Shown piece by piece: positions 10,402 to 20,330 of a DNA stretch of 64,000 nucleotides. The translations under genes and the position numbers were made by a program. Below the pieces are notes generated by a model that saw only the letters and a list, made by a program, of their open reading frames with translations, searched no databases and was not told where the DNA came from. Positions within the stretch are counted from its first letter, which is position 1, and the number at the start of each line of letters is the position of its first letter. Origin of the DNA: a virus; UHGV virus genome UHGV-0218015. One strand, 5' to 3'.

Positions 10402-11281
10402 TGTCAAAGTTTACGACGGTAAACTCTCGACGGTAACGCTTAATGCGATGCGTTTAGCTACCGCATTAATTACCGGTGCTGACGTGCAATACCCACAAAA
10501 ATCCACACTGAATGAGTTCTATAAACTCATGCAAACGCCAGTGCCGGATGGTAAAGCGCGTCCTCATTTGCAGTACATGGCAATTGGCAACCGTGGTCAT
10601 ATGGTCGACACCTCTGATGTGGTGGCTGACGTTGTACCTGTAGGTAAAGAACCTATTGCTTCCGGGATGTTTTCCCGCGTTCCGTTTGTCCTGCGTACAA
10701 AAGACAATGATCTGTCTGACGAACAGCGTAAGAAATACGCCTTCCGTACTCTGGAAACCATCAATAAACGTCAGTATTGGGCGTATTACTTAAAACGTAT
10801 CGACATGCGTGCTGTAAAAACGTCAGACTACGATATCAAGCGTGAGAACGGCGTTGAGACGGTCGAAGACTTTGTGTACACAGACACGGAATTAAACCCC
10901 GTGCCGAAAGTATTGCCGGATTACGATTACGATGACGATGGTACTGTCGCAATTCCAGACGGACGTTATGTCGAATCTGGTGCTGACCTGGTTATTCCGT
11001 GGACAGACTTTGATGTTCAGGAATACATGCACGTAACGAGCATTATGCGTGGTAGTCCGCGTAGTTCAATTATCTCTGAACTGGCACTCTGTTCTGGGTT
11101 AGACCAGGTAGCGTCCGGGGATTCTGCAGCTGGGTCTAAATTCAGCTATAACGAGGCGATTGGGGTCCAGGCGCTGTACTATATTTCGATGTTTACCAAC
11201 CTGGCACAGACGAATGACAAACTGTCTTTGACCATTCGCATCGGACAACCTGCGCCGTTCTTCCTGGGGACAGCTAACTGA
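10394..11281 (+). CDS. hypothetical protein
   Basis: ORF overlapping neighbours by a few nt (translational coupling). Confidence 0.5.
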   Translation: MSNVKVYDGKLSTVTLNAMRLATALITGADVQYPQKSTLNEFYKLMQTPVPDGKARPHLQYMAIGNRGHMVDTSDVVADVVPVGKEPIASGMFSRVPFVLRTKDNDLSDEQRKKYAFRTLETINKRQYWAYYLKRIDMRAVKTSDYDIKRENGVETVEDFVYTDTELNPVPKVLPDYDYDDDGTVAIPDGRYVESGADLVIPWTDFDVQEYMHVTSIMRGSPRSSIISELALCSGLDQVASGDSAAGSKFSYNEAIGVQALYYISMFTNLAQTNDKLSLTIRIGQPAPFFLGTAN

Positions 11282-11925
11282 TGTTGATACCCGAGCCGAG
11301 ACTTCCAGATAAGATGGTAAGAATCGCGGCAATAGACCCCGGTACGAGCCATCTTGGTATGGCAGTATTGGATTGGGAATACGGCAGCGATCAAGCCGAA
11401 GTGGTTTGGGCTGATACCATGCATGTATTAGACCCAACGCATCCAAATGCGTTCGCAGAGTGTGTCGGTAAACGTGACGATCGTTTAGTTAAGCTCGAAG
11501 CTTGTTACCGTGAATTTCTTCGGATTGCCTGCCCAACTTTCGTTGCAACTGAGACACCGTTCATGCGGAGAGCAAAACTCTCCGCTTATGAATCTGGCGT
11601 CGAACTACAATTAATGTTGCGACGTACTTTGTGGGATATTTACCCGGAGAAAATTTTACACGGCTTCAATCCTATCATTGTAAAATCATTCGTTGGGGTG
11701 GAGGCGAAGGGGACGGATAAAACCGATATGTTTCGGGCCGTGACCAAGCTCTACCATGATCATGCTTTGTTTGATATTACAACGTTAGATGAGCACAGCA
11801 TTGATGCTGTGGCGGTGGGAAATATTTTCGTCAGGGTAAATCTGTTAAACTTAAACAGCTTGCTACCGCCTAAACAAAAGTCGACTAAGACCTCCAGGCG
11901 GAGAAGGCGTCGGAGAAAACGTTAA
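11281..11925 (+). CDS. RuvC-like Holliday junction resolvase (putative)
   Basis: IAAIDPGTSHLGMAVLD resembles the RuvC N-terminal IDPG..G motif; later TETPF and EHSIDAVAVG resemble the catalytic E and D/H regions; basic C-terminal tail. Confidence 0.5.
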   Translation: MLIPEPRLPDKMVRIAAIDPGTSHLGMAVLDWEYGSDQAEVVWADTMHVLDPTHPNAFAECVGKRDDRLVKLEACYREFLRIACPTFVATETPFMRRAKLSAYESGVELQLMLRRTLWDIYPEKILHGFNPIIVKSFVGVEAKGTDKTDMFRAVTKLYHDHALFDITTLDEHSIDAVAVGNIFVRVNLLNLNSLLPPKQKSTKTSRRRRRRRKR

Positions 11926-12503
11926 TGGAACCAAGCACACAAGCACTACCCACTGAAATACTTGACTTGCTGATTCAAGCTGGAAACAAAAAGTTAAGTA
12001 AAGAACAATCTGAACAGTTAACGAAACTCTTGAAAGCGGCGTATGGGGATGAAGTCGATGTTGACGTTACCCGTTCGGGAACAAAGATTCTTTCCGACTT
12101 ACGACCGACGTTAATTGATAATTTAGGCAAACTATCAGAACAATTCCATCAGCAGGCAACTGATGCTGTGGAATCTCTCGGGGATGAGGTTAGTAAAGAA
12201 ACCATGCTAACCTTATGGCCGAAATTAGCCGCTTCCCAGAAGTTCATTATTGCCATTCTGACGTTGGCGACGGTTATTGTAACGGGGTTCCTGGGTTACG
12301 ACACACATCAGCATTTTCCAGAAGACAGTCTAGATGTTCTGATTGTGACGTTGGTACCGTTCTTTGCATTGGTTGTTTTTGCGACTTGGCCGATTAAAAC
12401 GTTGGCTTATAAGTCTCTTGAGATAGCCACAAAAGTTGTTGAGAAGAAGCTTGAGAAATCAGGCCAGCTTAAGTCGAAGACAGAAAGCCCAACAACGAAA
12501 TAA
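11925..12503 (+). CDS. membrane protein (two predicted TM helices)
   Basis: Hydrophobic segments FIIAILTLATVIVTGFLGY and VLIVTLVPFFALVVFATWPI; terminator follows. Confidence 0.5.
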   Translation: MEPSTQALPTEILDLLIQAGNKKLSKEQSEQLTKLLKAAYGDEVDVDVTRSGTKILSDLRPTLIDNLGKLSEQFHQQATDAVESLGDEVSKETMLTLWPKLAASQKFIIAILTLATVIVTGFLGYDTHQHFPEDSLDVLIVTLVPFFALVVFATWPIKTLAYKSLEIATKVVEKKLEKSGQLKSKTESPTTK

Positions 12504-12509
12504 TATTAA

Positions 12510-12545
12510 CCTCTACCTTCGGGTAGAGGTTACTTCTTTTTATTT
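12510..12545 (+). terminator. rho-independent terminator
   Basis: cctctacc-ttcg-ggtagagg then T-rich tail. Confidence 0.7.
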
Positions 12546-12593
12546 TTACAATTTTTAAACATAGTGTGAGACTTAAAAGAAGGAGTGTTAATT

Positions 12594-13247
12594 GTGGAAC
12601 CGTTACGCTTAATGACCAGAACGTTGCTGATACCTATTCAGGAGCTGAAGGTTGGACCGTTGGTCGCCTCTAATGGGGAAATTGTTGATTTCGTTAAAGA
12701 CGAAAAAATTGTTACGACCGCTTTTCAAGAGACGGTCCATCGCTATTATCGTGCAGTGCCTTTATCCGGCAGTTTAGATTGTCCGGGTGTGGAGGGGAGT
12801 ACGTCTGCGTTAATAGCGGAGCACTTAGAAAAGAAAGGGTTTGGGGTTGGGAAGGGACAGGTTTTTGTAGACGCTGTCGAATTGAACGAGTATCAGAACG
12901 ACCTAAGACTTCAGATAAGGAGATTACTCACCCGCTATGGTATTTTCTCGATTAATTGTAAGTTTGACGACGTTCGGATGTTAGACCACGGTTTTACTAC
13001 CGCCCTTAAAATCTGTCGCGGTAAAAGATTCATTCAGTTTGTTTGGTGGGTGCCGACCCTACGTGGTGAGAGAAAAACGGTGGAAGGGTTGTACGGTTGG
13101 GCTTTATGGAGCGAAGTTCCAGTAACGAAACTCGATGCAATTATTCCACAACATCGAAACGTCCCACTTAGCAGTTTATTTACTTCTGGTGGGAACACCA
13201 CGTGGGATGAATTTGTTAAAAATGTTTTATCGATAGGGGAACAATAA
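12594..13247 (+). CDS. hypothetical protein
   Basis: Track start 12585 overlaps the SD; in-frame GTG at 12594 sits 8 nt after AAGGAG. Confidence 0.45.
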   Translation: MEPLRLMTRTLLIPIQELKVGPLVASNGEIVDFVKDEKIVTTAFQETVHRYYRAVPLSGSLDCPGVEGSTSALIAEHLEKKGFGVGKGQVFVDAVELNEYQNDLRLQIRRLLTRYGIFSINCKFDDVRMLDHGFTTALKICRGKRFIQFVWWVPTLRGERKTVEGLYGWALWSEVPVTKLDAIIPQHRNVPLSSLFTSGGNTTWDEFVKNVLSIGEQ

Positions 13248-13723
13248 TGCAACCGTTAAATATTACCGAAGACAAAATCTCTGCTAAATTTCCTGAATTG
13301 TGCGAATATGTGAAAGACTTAAATTCGATTCGTGAAACGCCGGTTAGAATCACTTTGGCCGTTGAAGACGATATTACACATGGGGTTGCAATCTGGGAAC
13401 CGGGGAATCTTATTTATCTGGTGGTGGCCGAGGGTTCTCGTCGCAGTGGTGTAGGTTCCTTTTTACTGAAATATGTTCAACTCAATTCAGATCGTCAAAT
13501 GGTGATGTGTCGTGTTCATCCCTCAAACATCGACGGTCTATGTTTCTTTTCCAAAAAAGGCTTCCAAATAGACCGATGGTTTATTGCCAGTGACTCCCGT
13601 CGGTATTTTCGTATGACGAACAGTAACATTGATTCGTCATACACCCCGCCAGAAGAAGGATATTTGGTGGATTTTATTGAAAACACCCCCATCTTTCTCT
13701 CTGTTGCGGATAAGATTTATTAG
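13247..13723 (+). CDS. GNAT-family acetyltransferase (putative)
   Basis: RRSGVGSFLL matches the GNAT motif A (R/Q-x-x-G-x-G/A). Confidence 0.4.
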   Translation: MQPLNITEDKISAKFPELCEYVKDLNSIRETPVRITLAVEDDITHGVAIWEPGNLIYLVVAEGSRRSGVGSFLLKYVQLNSDRQMVMCRVHPSNIDGLCFFSKKGFQIDRWFIASDSRRYFRMTNSNIDSSYTPPEEGYLVDFIENTPIFLSVADKIY

Positions 13724-13742
13724 AAATGGTTGAGAGCCCAAA

Positions 13743-14219
13743 ATGATTCGTGTCGAATATGAGACGCGGTGCTTGGAAGGCAATAAAGCAAAAGTGTTAC
13801 GTTGCGTTGAAGTTATCCCCGCTCACGAGATTGACTTGCGTACAGGTCGTGTTCGGGGTGTTCCTGTAACGATAATAGAACATAATCCTTGTTCGCAATT
13901 TAAAGAGAAGGCAACTCCAGTAGTACGTTCTCGGCGACGAGAGGACTTTTCTGATCTCCGCAAATCTTTTACACGGCACTACCGACGTAGTAAATGGAAA
14001 GCGCTGGTATTAATTTTAGTGGATGATTTTATTAAAGACTTGGTTTGGGAGGAGGTGCTAAAAGAGCGCGGTTTTACACCCAAGCCATTCTCGTATCACT
14101 GGGAACGTTTCAAAAAGAAATATCGCGAAGCGTTATGGTTTTCGCCGAACACGCGGAACATGATTCCGCGCTTAGAGTCGAAACCATGGCTACGCGAACA
14201 TCTTGATGAGGTATACTGA
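13743..14219 (+). CDS. hypothetical protein
   Basis: ORF in operon context. Confidence 0.45.
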   Translation: MIRVEYETRCLEGNKAKVLRCVEVIPAHEIDLRTGRVRGVPVTIIEHNPCSQFKEKATPVVRSRRREDFSDLRKSFTRHYRRSKWKALVLILVDDFIKDLVWEEVLKERGFTPKPFSYHWERFKKKYREALWFSPNTRNMIPRLESKPWLREHLDEVY

Positions 14220-14611
14220 TGAAAAGATCTGTTATTACCCTTTTTCTAACGTTACTTTCATTTTCCGCGATAGCGGAATTTAAACCGCACGATATTAGTC
14301 GTTTTGAACCTACGGTGCCAGGGGATAAACCTGTCGTATTTAAATCTACCGACCAACCAGTCGTTGCGGTTCAAAACGATGAGTTTGCCACGGTAAATTA
14401 TGGCAAAACCGAACTGTGCCCAGCGGGTGGCTACTATTTGGTAAATATCAAACGACGTACATATCAGTTTGTTGATCCTGGAAGCTGTTCTGCCGGTGTA
14501 AAGGTAATGTTAGAAACTGTACCCTATGTAAATAAAAGTATTAAAATACAACGTTTAACTTTTTATGTCGGTGATGAGATCACCGCACGCTACCCGTTAT
14601 ACGGGTATTAG
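14219..14611 (+). CDS. secreted protein (signal peptide)
   Basis: N-terminus MKRSVITLFLTLLSFSAIAEF looks like a Sec signal peptide. Confidence 0.5.
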   Translation: MKRSVITLFLTLLSFSAIAEFKPHDISRFEPTVPGDKPVVFKSTDQPVVAVQNDEFATVNYGKTELCPAGGYYLVNIKRRTYQFVDPGSCSAGVKVMLETVPYVNKSIKIQRLTFYVGDEITARYPLYGY

Positions 14612-14634
14612 TGATTAACCCCCGCGGAGTTTGT

Positions 14635-15273
14635 ATGTCTTTTGTAATTGATTTTGAAGTTGGTCATAGACAGAACTTACTCAACCTCGTCAGCTACTGT
14701 AATAACGGCAGTGTACGTAAAAAGCTTTCGGCTGAGAAAGTGGATGTTTCTTTAATGGGTGCACCCACACCGGAAGGTCGGTATCGGGTAAAGTTAACTA
14801 ACCGCAACGATATTAACGACGCGGTGATGGTATCTTACACAAAACTTCAACTAAACGACTTTCTTGAGATTCCCGGTAAGTATCTGGATTGGTTCGATTT
14901 CGAAAACGGCCAACCGAAAAATTACGATAAATGGGCAAAGTCCGCGAAAGCGTCAGTAGAGAAGATGTGTCAAGATCGTGGTATGATTTTGTCACGTGCA
15001 TGGGACACTGGCTCGCAGTGCCATGTTGAGTATGATGACGATCTTGAGCGCTATGCGGTAGTTTACGAATGTGATTCGTTTATTTATAGCGCACGAAATC
15101 GTTTTATTCTACCGCTTCATATTGGGCAAATTATTACGAATAAAACCCTTGACGGACTTAACTACAACAACGAACTGGATAAGCGCCCTTTAGCTGACTT
15201 AGATGGTGAGTTGGATGTCTGGATGGGTAAAGCGTTACTCGAAACTGCCGTTTTAAGTAGTTTAGAAGAGTGA
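14635..15273 (+). CDS. hypothetical protein
   Basis: Internal ATG at 14635 with GGAG SD preferred over the track GTG at 14611; terminator follows. Confidence 0.45.
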   Translation: MSFVIDFEVGHRQNLLNLVSYCNNGSVRKKLSAEKVDVSLMGAPTPEGRYRVKLTNRNDINDAVMVSYTKLQLNDFLEIPGKYLDWFDFENGQPKNYDKWAKSAKASVEKMCQDRGMILSRAWDTGSQCHVEYDDDLERYAVVYECDSFIYSARNRFILPLHIGQIITNKTLDGLNYNNELDKRPLADLDGELDVWMGKALLETAVLSSLEE

Positions 15274-15287
15274 TATCGTCAACGATA

Positions 15288-15330
15288 GGAGAGAACCTTT
15301 TCGGGGTTCTCTCCTGCTTTCTTTTTTTTT
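15288..15330 (+). terminator. rho-independent terminator
   Basis: ggagagaacc...ggttctctcc then T9. Confidence 0.75.
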
Positions 15331-15360
15331 CACTTCACAACTTCAGTATGGAGGTGACAA

Positions 15361-15909
15361 ATGTATAAAATCGCTATTATTGGTTCTCGAGAAACGCCCG
15401 AAGACACGATGCAAGAAATGTTGGACGTGTTGCAACGCGGGTTCAAAATTCTTCGTAATAAACAGCACAAAATCGAAACCCGTTCGGGTGGTTGTTATAA
15501 AGGGCCAGACCAATTACAGTTTATGTTAGCGCGTACTGAACCAGGTCCACATATTTGCTATTTGCCCGACGATCGTAAGTTGTGGTTACGTAAGTTACAT
15601 CCGAATGTTGACTTTCGCGTTATCCCTCAAGACATTCGTTATCGTGGGATTGTGGCATCGCTTCACCCTAATCCCGATAAGCTATCGGATATAGCTTGGG
15701 CTTTGCATGGACGAAACTTAAATATTGTATCCGGTGACGCTTTAGACAACCCCGTAGATGCGGTCTATTATTACGCTGAACACGATAAAAAGGGAAATCC
15801 AAAAGGTGGTACAGCAATGGGTGTCCGCTATGCGCAGTCACTGAACATCCCTTGCTATTATCATGTTACGGATGCATCTAAGTGGTTAGAAGACCTACGC
15901 TTATTATGA
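15361..15909 (+). CDS. Rossmann-like SLOG/DprA-like protein (tentative)
   Basis: N-terminal IAIIGSRETP resembles the GSR motif of DprA/SLOG proteins; weak, motif-only call. Confidence 0.3.
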   Translation: MYKIAIIGSRETPEDTMQEMLDVLQRGFKILRNKQHKIETRSGGCYKGPDQLQFMLARTEPGPHICYLPDDRKLWLRKLHPNVDFRVIPQDIRYRGIVASLHPNPDKLSDIAWALHGRNLNIVSGDALDNPVDAVYYYAEHDKKGNPKGGTAMGVRYAQSLNIPCYYHVTDASKWLEDLRLL

Positions 15910-15919
15910 AGTTAGTCAG

Positions 15920-15945
15920 GGCGGGCTTCTCCCCGCTTTAGCTTA
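15920..15945 (+). terminator. weak terminator candidate
   Basis: gcggg-cttctc-cccgc then ttta. Confidence 0.35.
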
Positions 15946-15959
15946 AAATGGGGTAAAGG

Positions 15960-17093
15960 ATGTCAACATTAGATTCCGATTTAGAAGTCCTTTGCGATGA
16001 CTACGATCGATTGGTCGCGTTAGAGTCGCTTAATGTTAAAGACAATTATCCGGCGATTGTCGCTATCCGAAAACGGTGGGTTTTAGACGATGTGCAGGTT
16101 GCGCTAGAGTCTGCAGCGATGATGGAACGCGCGCAATTTGTTGCGGACACTGAGCCTTACGCAGGAGTAGGTAAAGCGGTCGCACGCGCGACCGGCAGAG
16201 CGGTTAAAGGGGCTAGTCGTGTTGCTGGAAAGGCAGCGGTAGCGGGGGCTAAGGCAACTGGAAACTTCGCAGGTAAGCATTCTAAGCAACTTGCGTTACG
16301 TTTTGTCGACTTCGCGGAAGCCGCCGGTAAAGAAGTCATAAAGGAATTAAAAGAAGCGACGTCTAAAGCGACGACTTTAGAACGCAAACTGCAAAAGTTA
16401 ACCGCAAAGCTAAGTTTACTCGGCATCAAGGACACGTTAAAGCCTGTCGACTGCGACACGGGAAGTTGGACAACCAAAGTTTGTTTAGAAGACAAGCCTA
16501 ACGTAAAAGCATGTATTGAATTCAGTAAGAACCTGAGCGCAATGGATGCGATGGTCAACGAGTATACCGTTAAAACACGCACTATTATCGGTAAGAGCAA
16601 GAAAGTTACCGAGAGCGGTTTGGAGAAAGTGGGTCGGTCGACGAACTGGGCGATTAAACGAAGCGCAGGACTGTTCGGTATTATTGATCCGTTTAAAACG
16701 GTGAAAGCGTATCCGTGGCCTGGTAACGTGGTGGTCGTTGAACACGACAACGGTAAGATTGAGTGGGCGATTGCCCGCGATGGTGATTTTGGCCACACAA
16801 TCAAATCTCTGAACTTGCACGAAATCGGTTCAGCTCTAGACGCTGTTAGAAACATTATCCGAGCGTTACGTCAGCGTGGTACGAAACGACGTAGTGTTGG
16901 TTATACCGGTATTTACGATGAAGTTCAGCGAATGAAAAAAGAGCTGAAATCGTTAGATGGCCGTGAGTTACGCGATGCTACTGTCCGGTATAAAAACGCG
17001 CTGCGTTTAGAAGATGCCTTTACTACTTCGTTGGTGCGTGTTGCGGAGGGCTTACTGGAATGGTGCAGGTTGTCGCTGATTGAGGTTAAATAA
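15960..17093 (+). CDS. hypothetical protein (377 aa)
   Basis: ORF with GGTAAAGG SD; Ala/Lys-rich central part. Confidence 0.5.
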   Translation: MSTLDSDLEVLCDDYDRLVALESLNVKDNYPAIVAIRKRWVLDDVQVALESAAMMERAQFVADTEPYAGVGKAVARATGRAVKGASRVAGKAAVAGAKATGNFAGKHSKQLALRFVDFAEAAGKEVIKELKEATSKATTLERKLQKLTAKLSLLGIKDTLKPVDCDTGSWTTKVCLEDKPNVKACIEFSKNLSAMDAMVNEYTVKTRTIIGKSKKVTESGLEKVGRSTNWAIKRSAGLFGIIDPFKTVKAYPWPGNVVVVEHDNGKIEWAIARDGDFGHTIKSLNLHEIGSALDAVRNIIRALRQRGTKRRSVGYTGIYDEVQRMKKELKSLDGRELRDATVRYKNALRLEDAFTTSLVRVAEGLLEWCRLSLIEVK

Positions 17094-17560
17094 TGCGTAT
17101 TACTATTATTCTCAAACCCGACAGTAAATACGGAAAGTTATACGGCGACCAGGTACTCAAACTGCACAACATGCTGTTCGCAGAAGAGAAAGTGCGTATT
17201 AGTCAGTTAACCGGACGTGACACGTTCAACCCCATCGAACGTTTAGAAGAGATTTGGCCTCAAGATTATCTCTGTGCGTGTGCGGTGGACGACAACGAAC
17301 AGCTTCTGGGATTTATGACGTTCTCAATGGGTTCTTGCTCAAAGGACACGTTTGTTTACATCGGGAATTACTATGTGGTTCCTGAAGCACGCTCTCAAGG
17401 GGTAGGCCGTGCGCTTATGGACAAAGTCCGTGAATACGGAAAGTCCAAAGGCTGTGGTTGGATGAGTCTGGATGTGTTAGACAACAACGTTAAAGCTATC
17501 TCCTTGTATGAGAAGATGGGATTCCGTACCGAATGCAGGGAAATGATAAAGGAAATCTAA
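17093..17560 (+). CDS. GNAT-family acetyltransferase
   Basis: ARSQGVGRALMDKV plus a C-terminal SLYEKMGF-type segment typical of GNAT folds. Confidence 0.5.
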   Translation: MRITIILKPDSKYGKLYGDQVLKLHNMLFAEEKVRISQLTGRDTFNPIERLEEIWPQDYLCACAVDDNEQLLGFMTFSMGSCSKDTFVYIGNYYVVPEARSQGVGRALMDKVREYGKSKGCGWMSLDVLDNNVKAISLYEKMGFRTECREMIKEI

Positions 17561-17561
17561 A

Positions 17562-18194
17562 ATGGCTGCAAGATTAGTACCGTTTCATGACGGGTCTAGA
17601 TATACTTTTGGTGTAGAGCGTTACGCTGTGGGTTTTCGTCCTGGTTGGAGAGTGGTACGAATCGATAAAGCGTGTTGGTGTTTACCGACCGGCATTTTTG
17701 ATTACTTTACACCTGAAGCTTTAACGCGGTTTGTTTCTCTGGGTTCACCCACTCAACGTGCGGCGTGGGAAAAGAATATTCGTTGTCGTTATTTGGGTAA
17801 AACACGAAACGCGACAGTCCGTGGCGTTTATCACGTAAGAAGTCGTTGGTTACACGTCGAGCCGACACACCCACGATGTGCAGTCACACCCTTTAATGGG
17901 GAGTATAAAGGTCAGGTATACACAGGATTGCATTTTGCTTTTCCAGACAACCCCGATCTTAATTACTTTTTAGCCACCCAGAAAAACGTTACGTTGTCTA
18001 CGTTCTATAAATACCTTTTGTTCTATCCTGCGTATGTCGTTGCAGAATATGAACACAAAGCATTTCCCCTACCTTACGGTAGAGACAGGAGATTAGCAGG
18101 ATGTTCTATCGAGAACTTCAGCAATACACCGACGCTCTCCGAAAAGCGACCATCGATGCAGACAACAACCTCAGAGATGTCGTTAGCGCTATAG
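17562..18194 (+). CDS. hypothetical protein
   Basis: ORF; its last ~94 nt overlap the next gene. Confidence 0.4.
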   Translation: MAARLVPFHDGSRYTFGVERYAVGFRPGWRVVRIDKACWCLPTGIFDYFTPEALTRFVSLGSPTQRAAWEKNIRCRYLGKTRNATVRGVYHVRSRWLHVEPTHPRCAVTPFNGEYKGQVYTGLHFAFPDNPDLNYFLATQKNVTLSTFYKYLLFYPAYVVAEYEHKAFPLPYGRDRRLAGCSIENFSNTPTLSEKRPSMQTTTSEMSLAL

Positions 18195-18472
18195 AACAGT
18201 GTTCGGATGTATTGTATGCGGAAACGATTGAATCGCCAACTCACGACGGTGTGAAATCGCTCCAGCTACACGTTTGTAGTAAACACGGTAGTCTGTCGTT
18301 AAACTTCCGTGTAGGTTTAGATTATTACATGGTTCGTAAGAGCTATTTAAGTTGTGATGGCGACCTCTATCCGGTTGTCTGGAACAACGATTATTCTAAG
18401 TTTGTTTATCCGCTTGAAGAACACCGACGCACGGTTTACGAATTTGTGAAAGCTGTTCTTGAGGGGTTCTAA
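18101..18472 (+). CDS. hypothetical protein
   Basis: ATG with AGGAG SD upstream. Confidence 0.4.
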   Translation: MFYRELQQYTDALRKATIDADNNLRDVVSAIEQCSDVLYAETIESPTHDGVKSLQLHVCSKHGSLSLNFRVGLDYYMVRKSYLSCDGDLYPVVWNNDYSKFVYPLEEHRRTVYEFVKAVLEGF

Positions 18473-18486
18473 GAGAGGGCCTTGTA

Positions 18487-19092
18487 ATGTCAGAGATGAT
18501 TCTCGATTCATTACTATTGATTACAGTATCGTATATCAACAAAACAGGCAAGTTGCCTAAACGTGGCGTTACTATCGAACGTGACGGGTTTAAACACCGC
18601 TATCCCTTAACGAAAATTTTGGATTTAGCTGCACGTTTAGCCAAGATGCGTCGACCGAATAGCGAAGCGGCTCCGAAATACGTATTGCTGGTTTTACAAC
18701 GCGCGATTTCTGAGGTGCGACGTAAACGTCGCCGTGCTGCGTTTCGATTTTATCCAAACTCGACGCAACAAGTGGTGGGGGAATACAGCAATATGGTCGT
18801 TGATCTTCGTGCAGGTCGGAGTAATGTAACTGGGTTGGCGTATAACCGCCTTAAACGCATTCTGGACGACAGTGATGCTTTAACCACACCGCAAGAGGGG
18901 CAAGCAGCTCTAACGCTTCTACGTGACGCTGAGCTCGTTATTGTGGACACCGCCGTGCAGGCAGCAAGAATGCAACATTATCTTGCTAAACAAGGGTTAG
19001 TCTTGCTGTGCGTAACTTCTGCACAGGCTGCTAACCTCACCTCACCGGAAACGTCAGAAGTGTGGAGTGGTCCGATTGTTGACCACCAATAA
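18487..19092 (+). CDS. hypothetical protein
   Basis: ORF followed by a strong terminator. Confidence 0.45.
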   Translation: MSEMILDSLLLITVSYINKTGKLPKRGVTIERDGFKHRYPLTKILDLAARLAKMRRPNSEAAPKYVLLVLQRAISEVRRKRRRAAFRFYPNSTQQVVGEYSNMVVDLRAGRSNVTGLAYNRLKRILDDSDALTTPQEGQAALTLLRDAELVIVDTAVQAARMQHYLAKQGLVLLCVTSAQAANLTSPETSEVWSGPIVDHQ

Positions 19093-19099
19093 AACCTTA

Positions 19100-19136
19100 C
19101 CCCTACTTAACGGTAGGGGCGGGTTTCTTTTTTATT
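19100..19136 (+). terminator. rho-independent terminator
   Basis: cccctac-ttaacg-gtagggg then tttcttttttatt. Confidence 0.75.
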
Positions 19137-19157
19137 GTAAATTATTACAACTGTTAC

Positions 19158-19186
19158 CCTCATTGTGAGAAGTTTCACTTAACGTG
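19158..19186 (+). promoter_or_regulatory. degenerate variant (inverted repeat plus cacttaac)
   Basis: cattgtgagaagtttcacttaacg upstream of the kinase-like gene. Confidence 0.25.
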
Positions 19187-19206
19187 CGTAAAAAGGTAAA
19201 ACTATA

Positions 19207-19830
19207 ATGCTTAAGACAGTGTCTATTGATGGTCCTGACTTTTCTGGGAAATCAACGTTGTGTAAAATGGTAAAAGCGATGTTGGAATCCGCCGGATTAA
19301 AAGTTTGCGTTCGGAACCATCCGACATCTGAAACCGAGGCGGGCATTCGTGCACGCAGTTTGGTTGTACAGTCTGCTTCGAATACAAAAATTGCTGAAGC
19401 GATGTGTGATGATTTCCTTCACACGTTGGACCACGTTGTTGATGAATACGATGTTGTTATTTTCGATCGCTTCTGTCCTTCAACGATTGTTTATCAGGGG
19501 ACAGATGGTAAGGACGTGGTTTTCCAACGTAAGCTAACTCGTCATTTCCACACTCCTGACCTTTATGTTTGGACAGATGTTGATTACCCAACAGCGTTAG
19601 CGCGATTTAAGAAACGTGTAGAAGAACAAGGTAAGAATTGGGATGATGAGGTACTTACAGTTAAGTATCTAAAGGACAACCAATGTTGGGATGGTTTACG
19701 TGACCATTATCGATTCGCGCACCACATCCTAACAGAAGGCGGTTGTCTTCACACGTTATTACCGGTAACGCAGAATGACGATTACCGTTTGAAAGCCGCA
19801 GAGATTGTTACGCACATTTTAGCGAACTAA
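19207..19830 (+). CDS. thymidylate kinase-like (d)NMP kinase
   Basis: P-loop IDGPDFSGKST and VIFDRFCPSTIVYQG resembling the TMPK DR..S..AYQG region. Confidence 0.5.
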   Translation: MLKTVSIDGPDFSGKSTLCKMVKAMLESAGLKVCVRNHPTSETEAGIRARSLVVQSASNTKIAEAMCDDFLHTLDHVVDEYDVVIFDRFCPSTIVYQGTDGKDVVFQRKLTRHFHTPDLYVWTDVDYPTALARFKKRVEEQGKNWDDEVLTVKYLKDNQCWDGLRDHYRFAHHILTEGGCLHTLLPVTQNDDYRLKAAEIVTHILAN

Positions 19831-19836
19831 CCGCTT

Positions 19837-19875
19837 AGGTACCACCCAACGGTGGTACCTATATTTTATTTTTTC
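19837..19875 (+). terminator. rho-independent terminator
   Basis: aggtaccacc-caac-ggtggtacct then T-rich tail. Confidence 0.75.
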
Positions 19876-19920
19876 TCAGATATATATTACTTAGGTGAGA
19901 GTTACAATTAACTCTTTACA
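19871..19920 (+). promoter_or_regulatory. conserved promoter-like cassette, copy 1
   Basis: ttttctcagatatatattacTtaggtgagagt plus a downstream inverted repeat; ~30 nt near-identical to copies at 38943 and 43316; sits between terminator and SD. Confidence 0.45.
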
Positions 19921-19949
19921 CCGACTTGTTAACCTAAAGGAGTATTACC

Positions 19950-20309
19950 GTGGCTTACAATCACAATTCCATCGTTCTGGCAAAACGTAAATTTGGCCTT
20001 CATTTGTCTTACGTAGTTTGTCATTTGACCACGAAAGACATTACCCAGCGTGAGCTTGCCCAGCTTGCGAAAGTTTCACAACCCGTTATCTCATCTATTA
20101 AGAACGAACGCGTAGAACGTTTAAGCTTGCCGATTATGATGAAAGTTGCTGATGCGATTCGTCTGAAATATCAGATTAGTTTTAATTCCGTTAAGGGTCG
20201 TTGCTCAGTAACCGTTCACGTAGAGTCCGCATTGGACTACGTTGCAAACACGTCCATTAAACGTACCAAGAAGAATGTGCGTTTTATCACTAACACTGTA
20301 ACACACTAA
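19950..20309 (+). CDS. helix-turn-helix DNA-binding protein (putative)
   Basis: ITQRELAQLAKVSQPVISSIKN is HTH-like; GTG start 8 nt after AAGGAG; preceded by promoter cassette. Confidence 0.4.
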   Translation: MAYNHNSIVLAKRKFGLHLSYVVCHLTTKDITQRELAQLAKVSQPVISSIKNERVERLSLPIMMKVADAIRLKYQISFNSVKGRCSVTVHVESALDYVANTSIKRTKKNVRFITNTVTH

Positions 20310-20330
20310 TCAACCTGAAGGAGTAATATC

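Noticed and set aside
16157-16855. 232-aa minus-strand ORF inside the 15960..17093 gene
   Set aside because: Antisense to a + strand gene with a good SD and operon context; Ala/Leu/Pro-rich composition typical of a mirror frame; no start context of its own.
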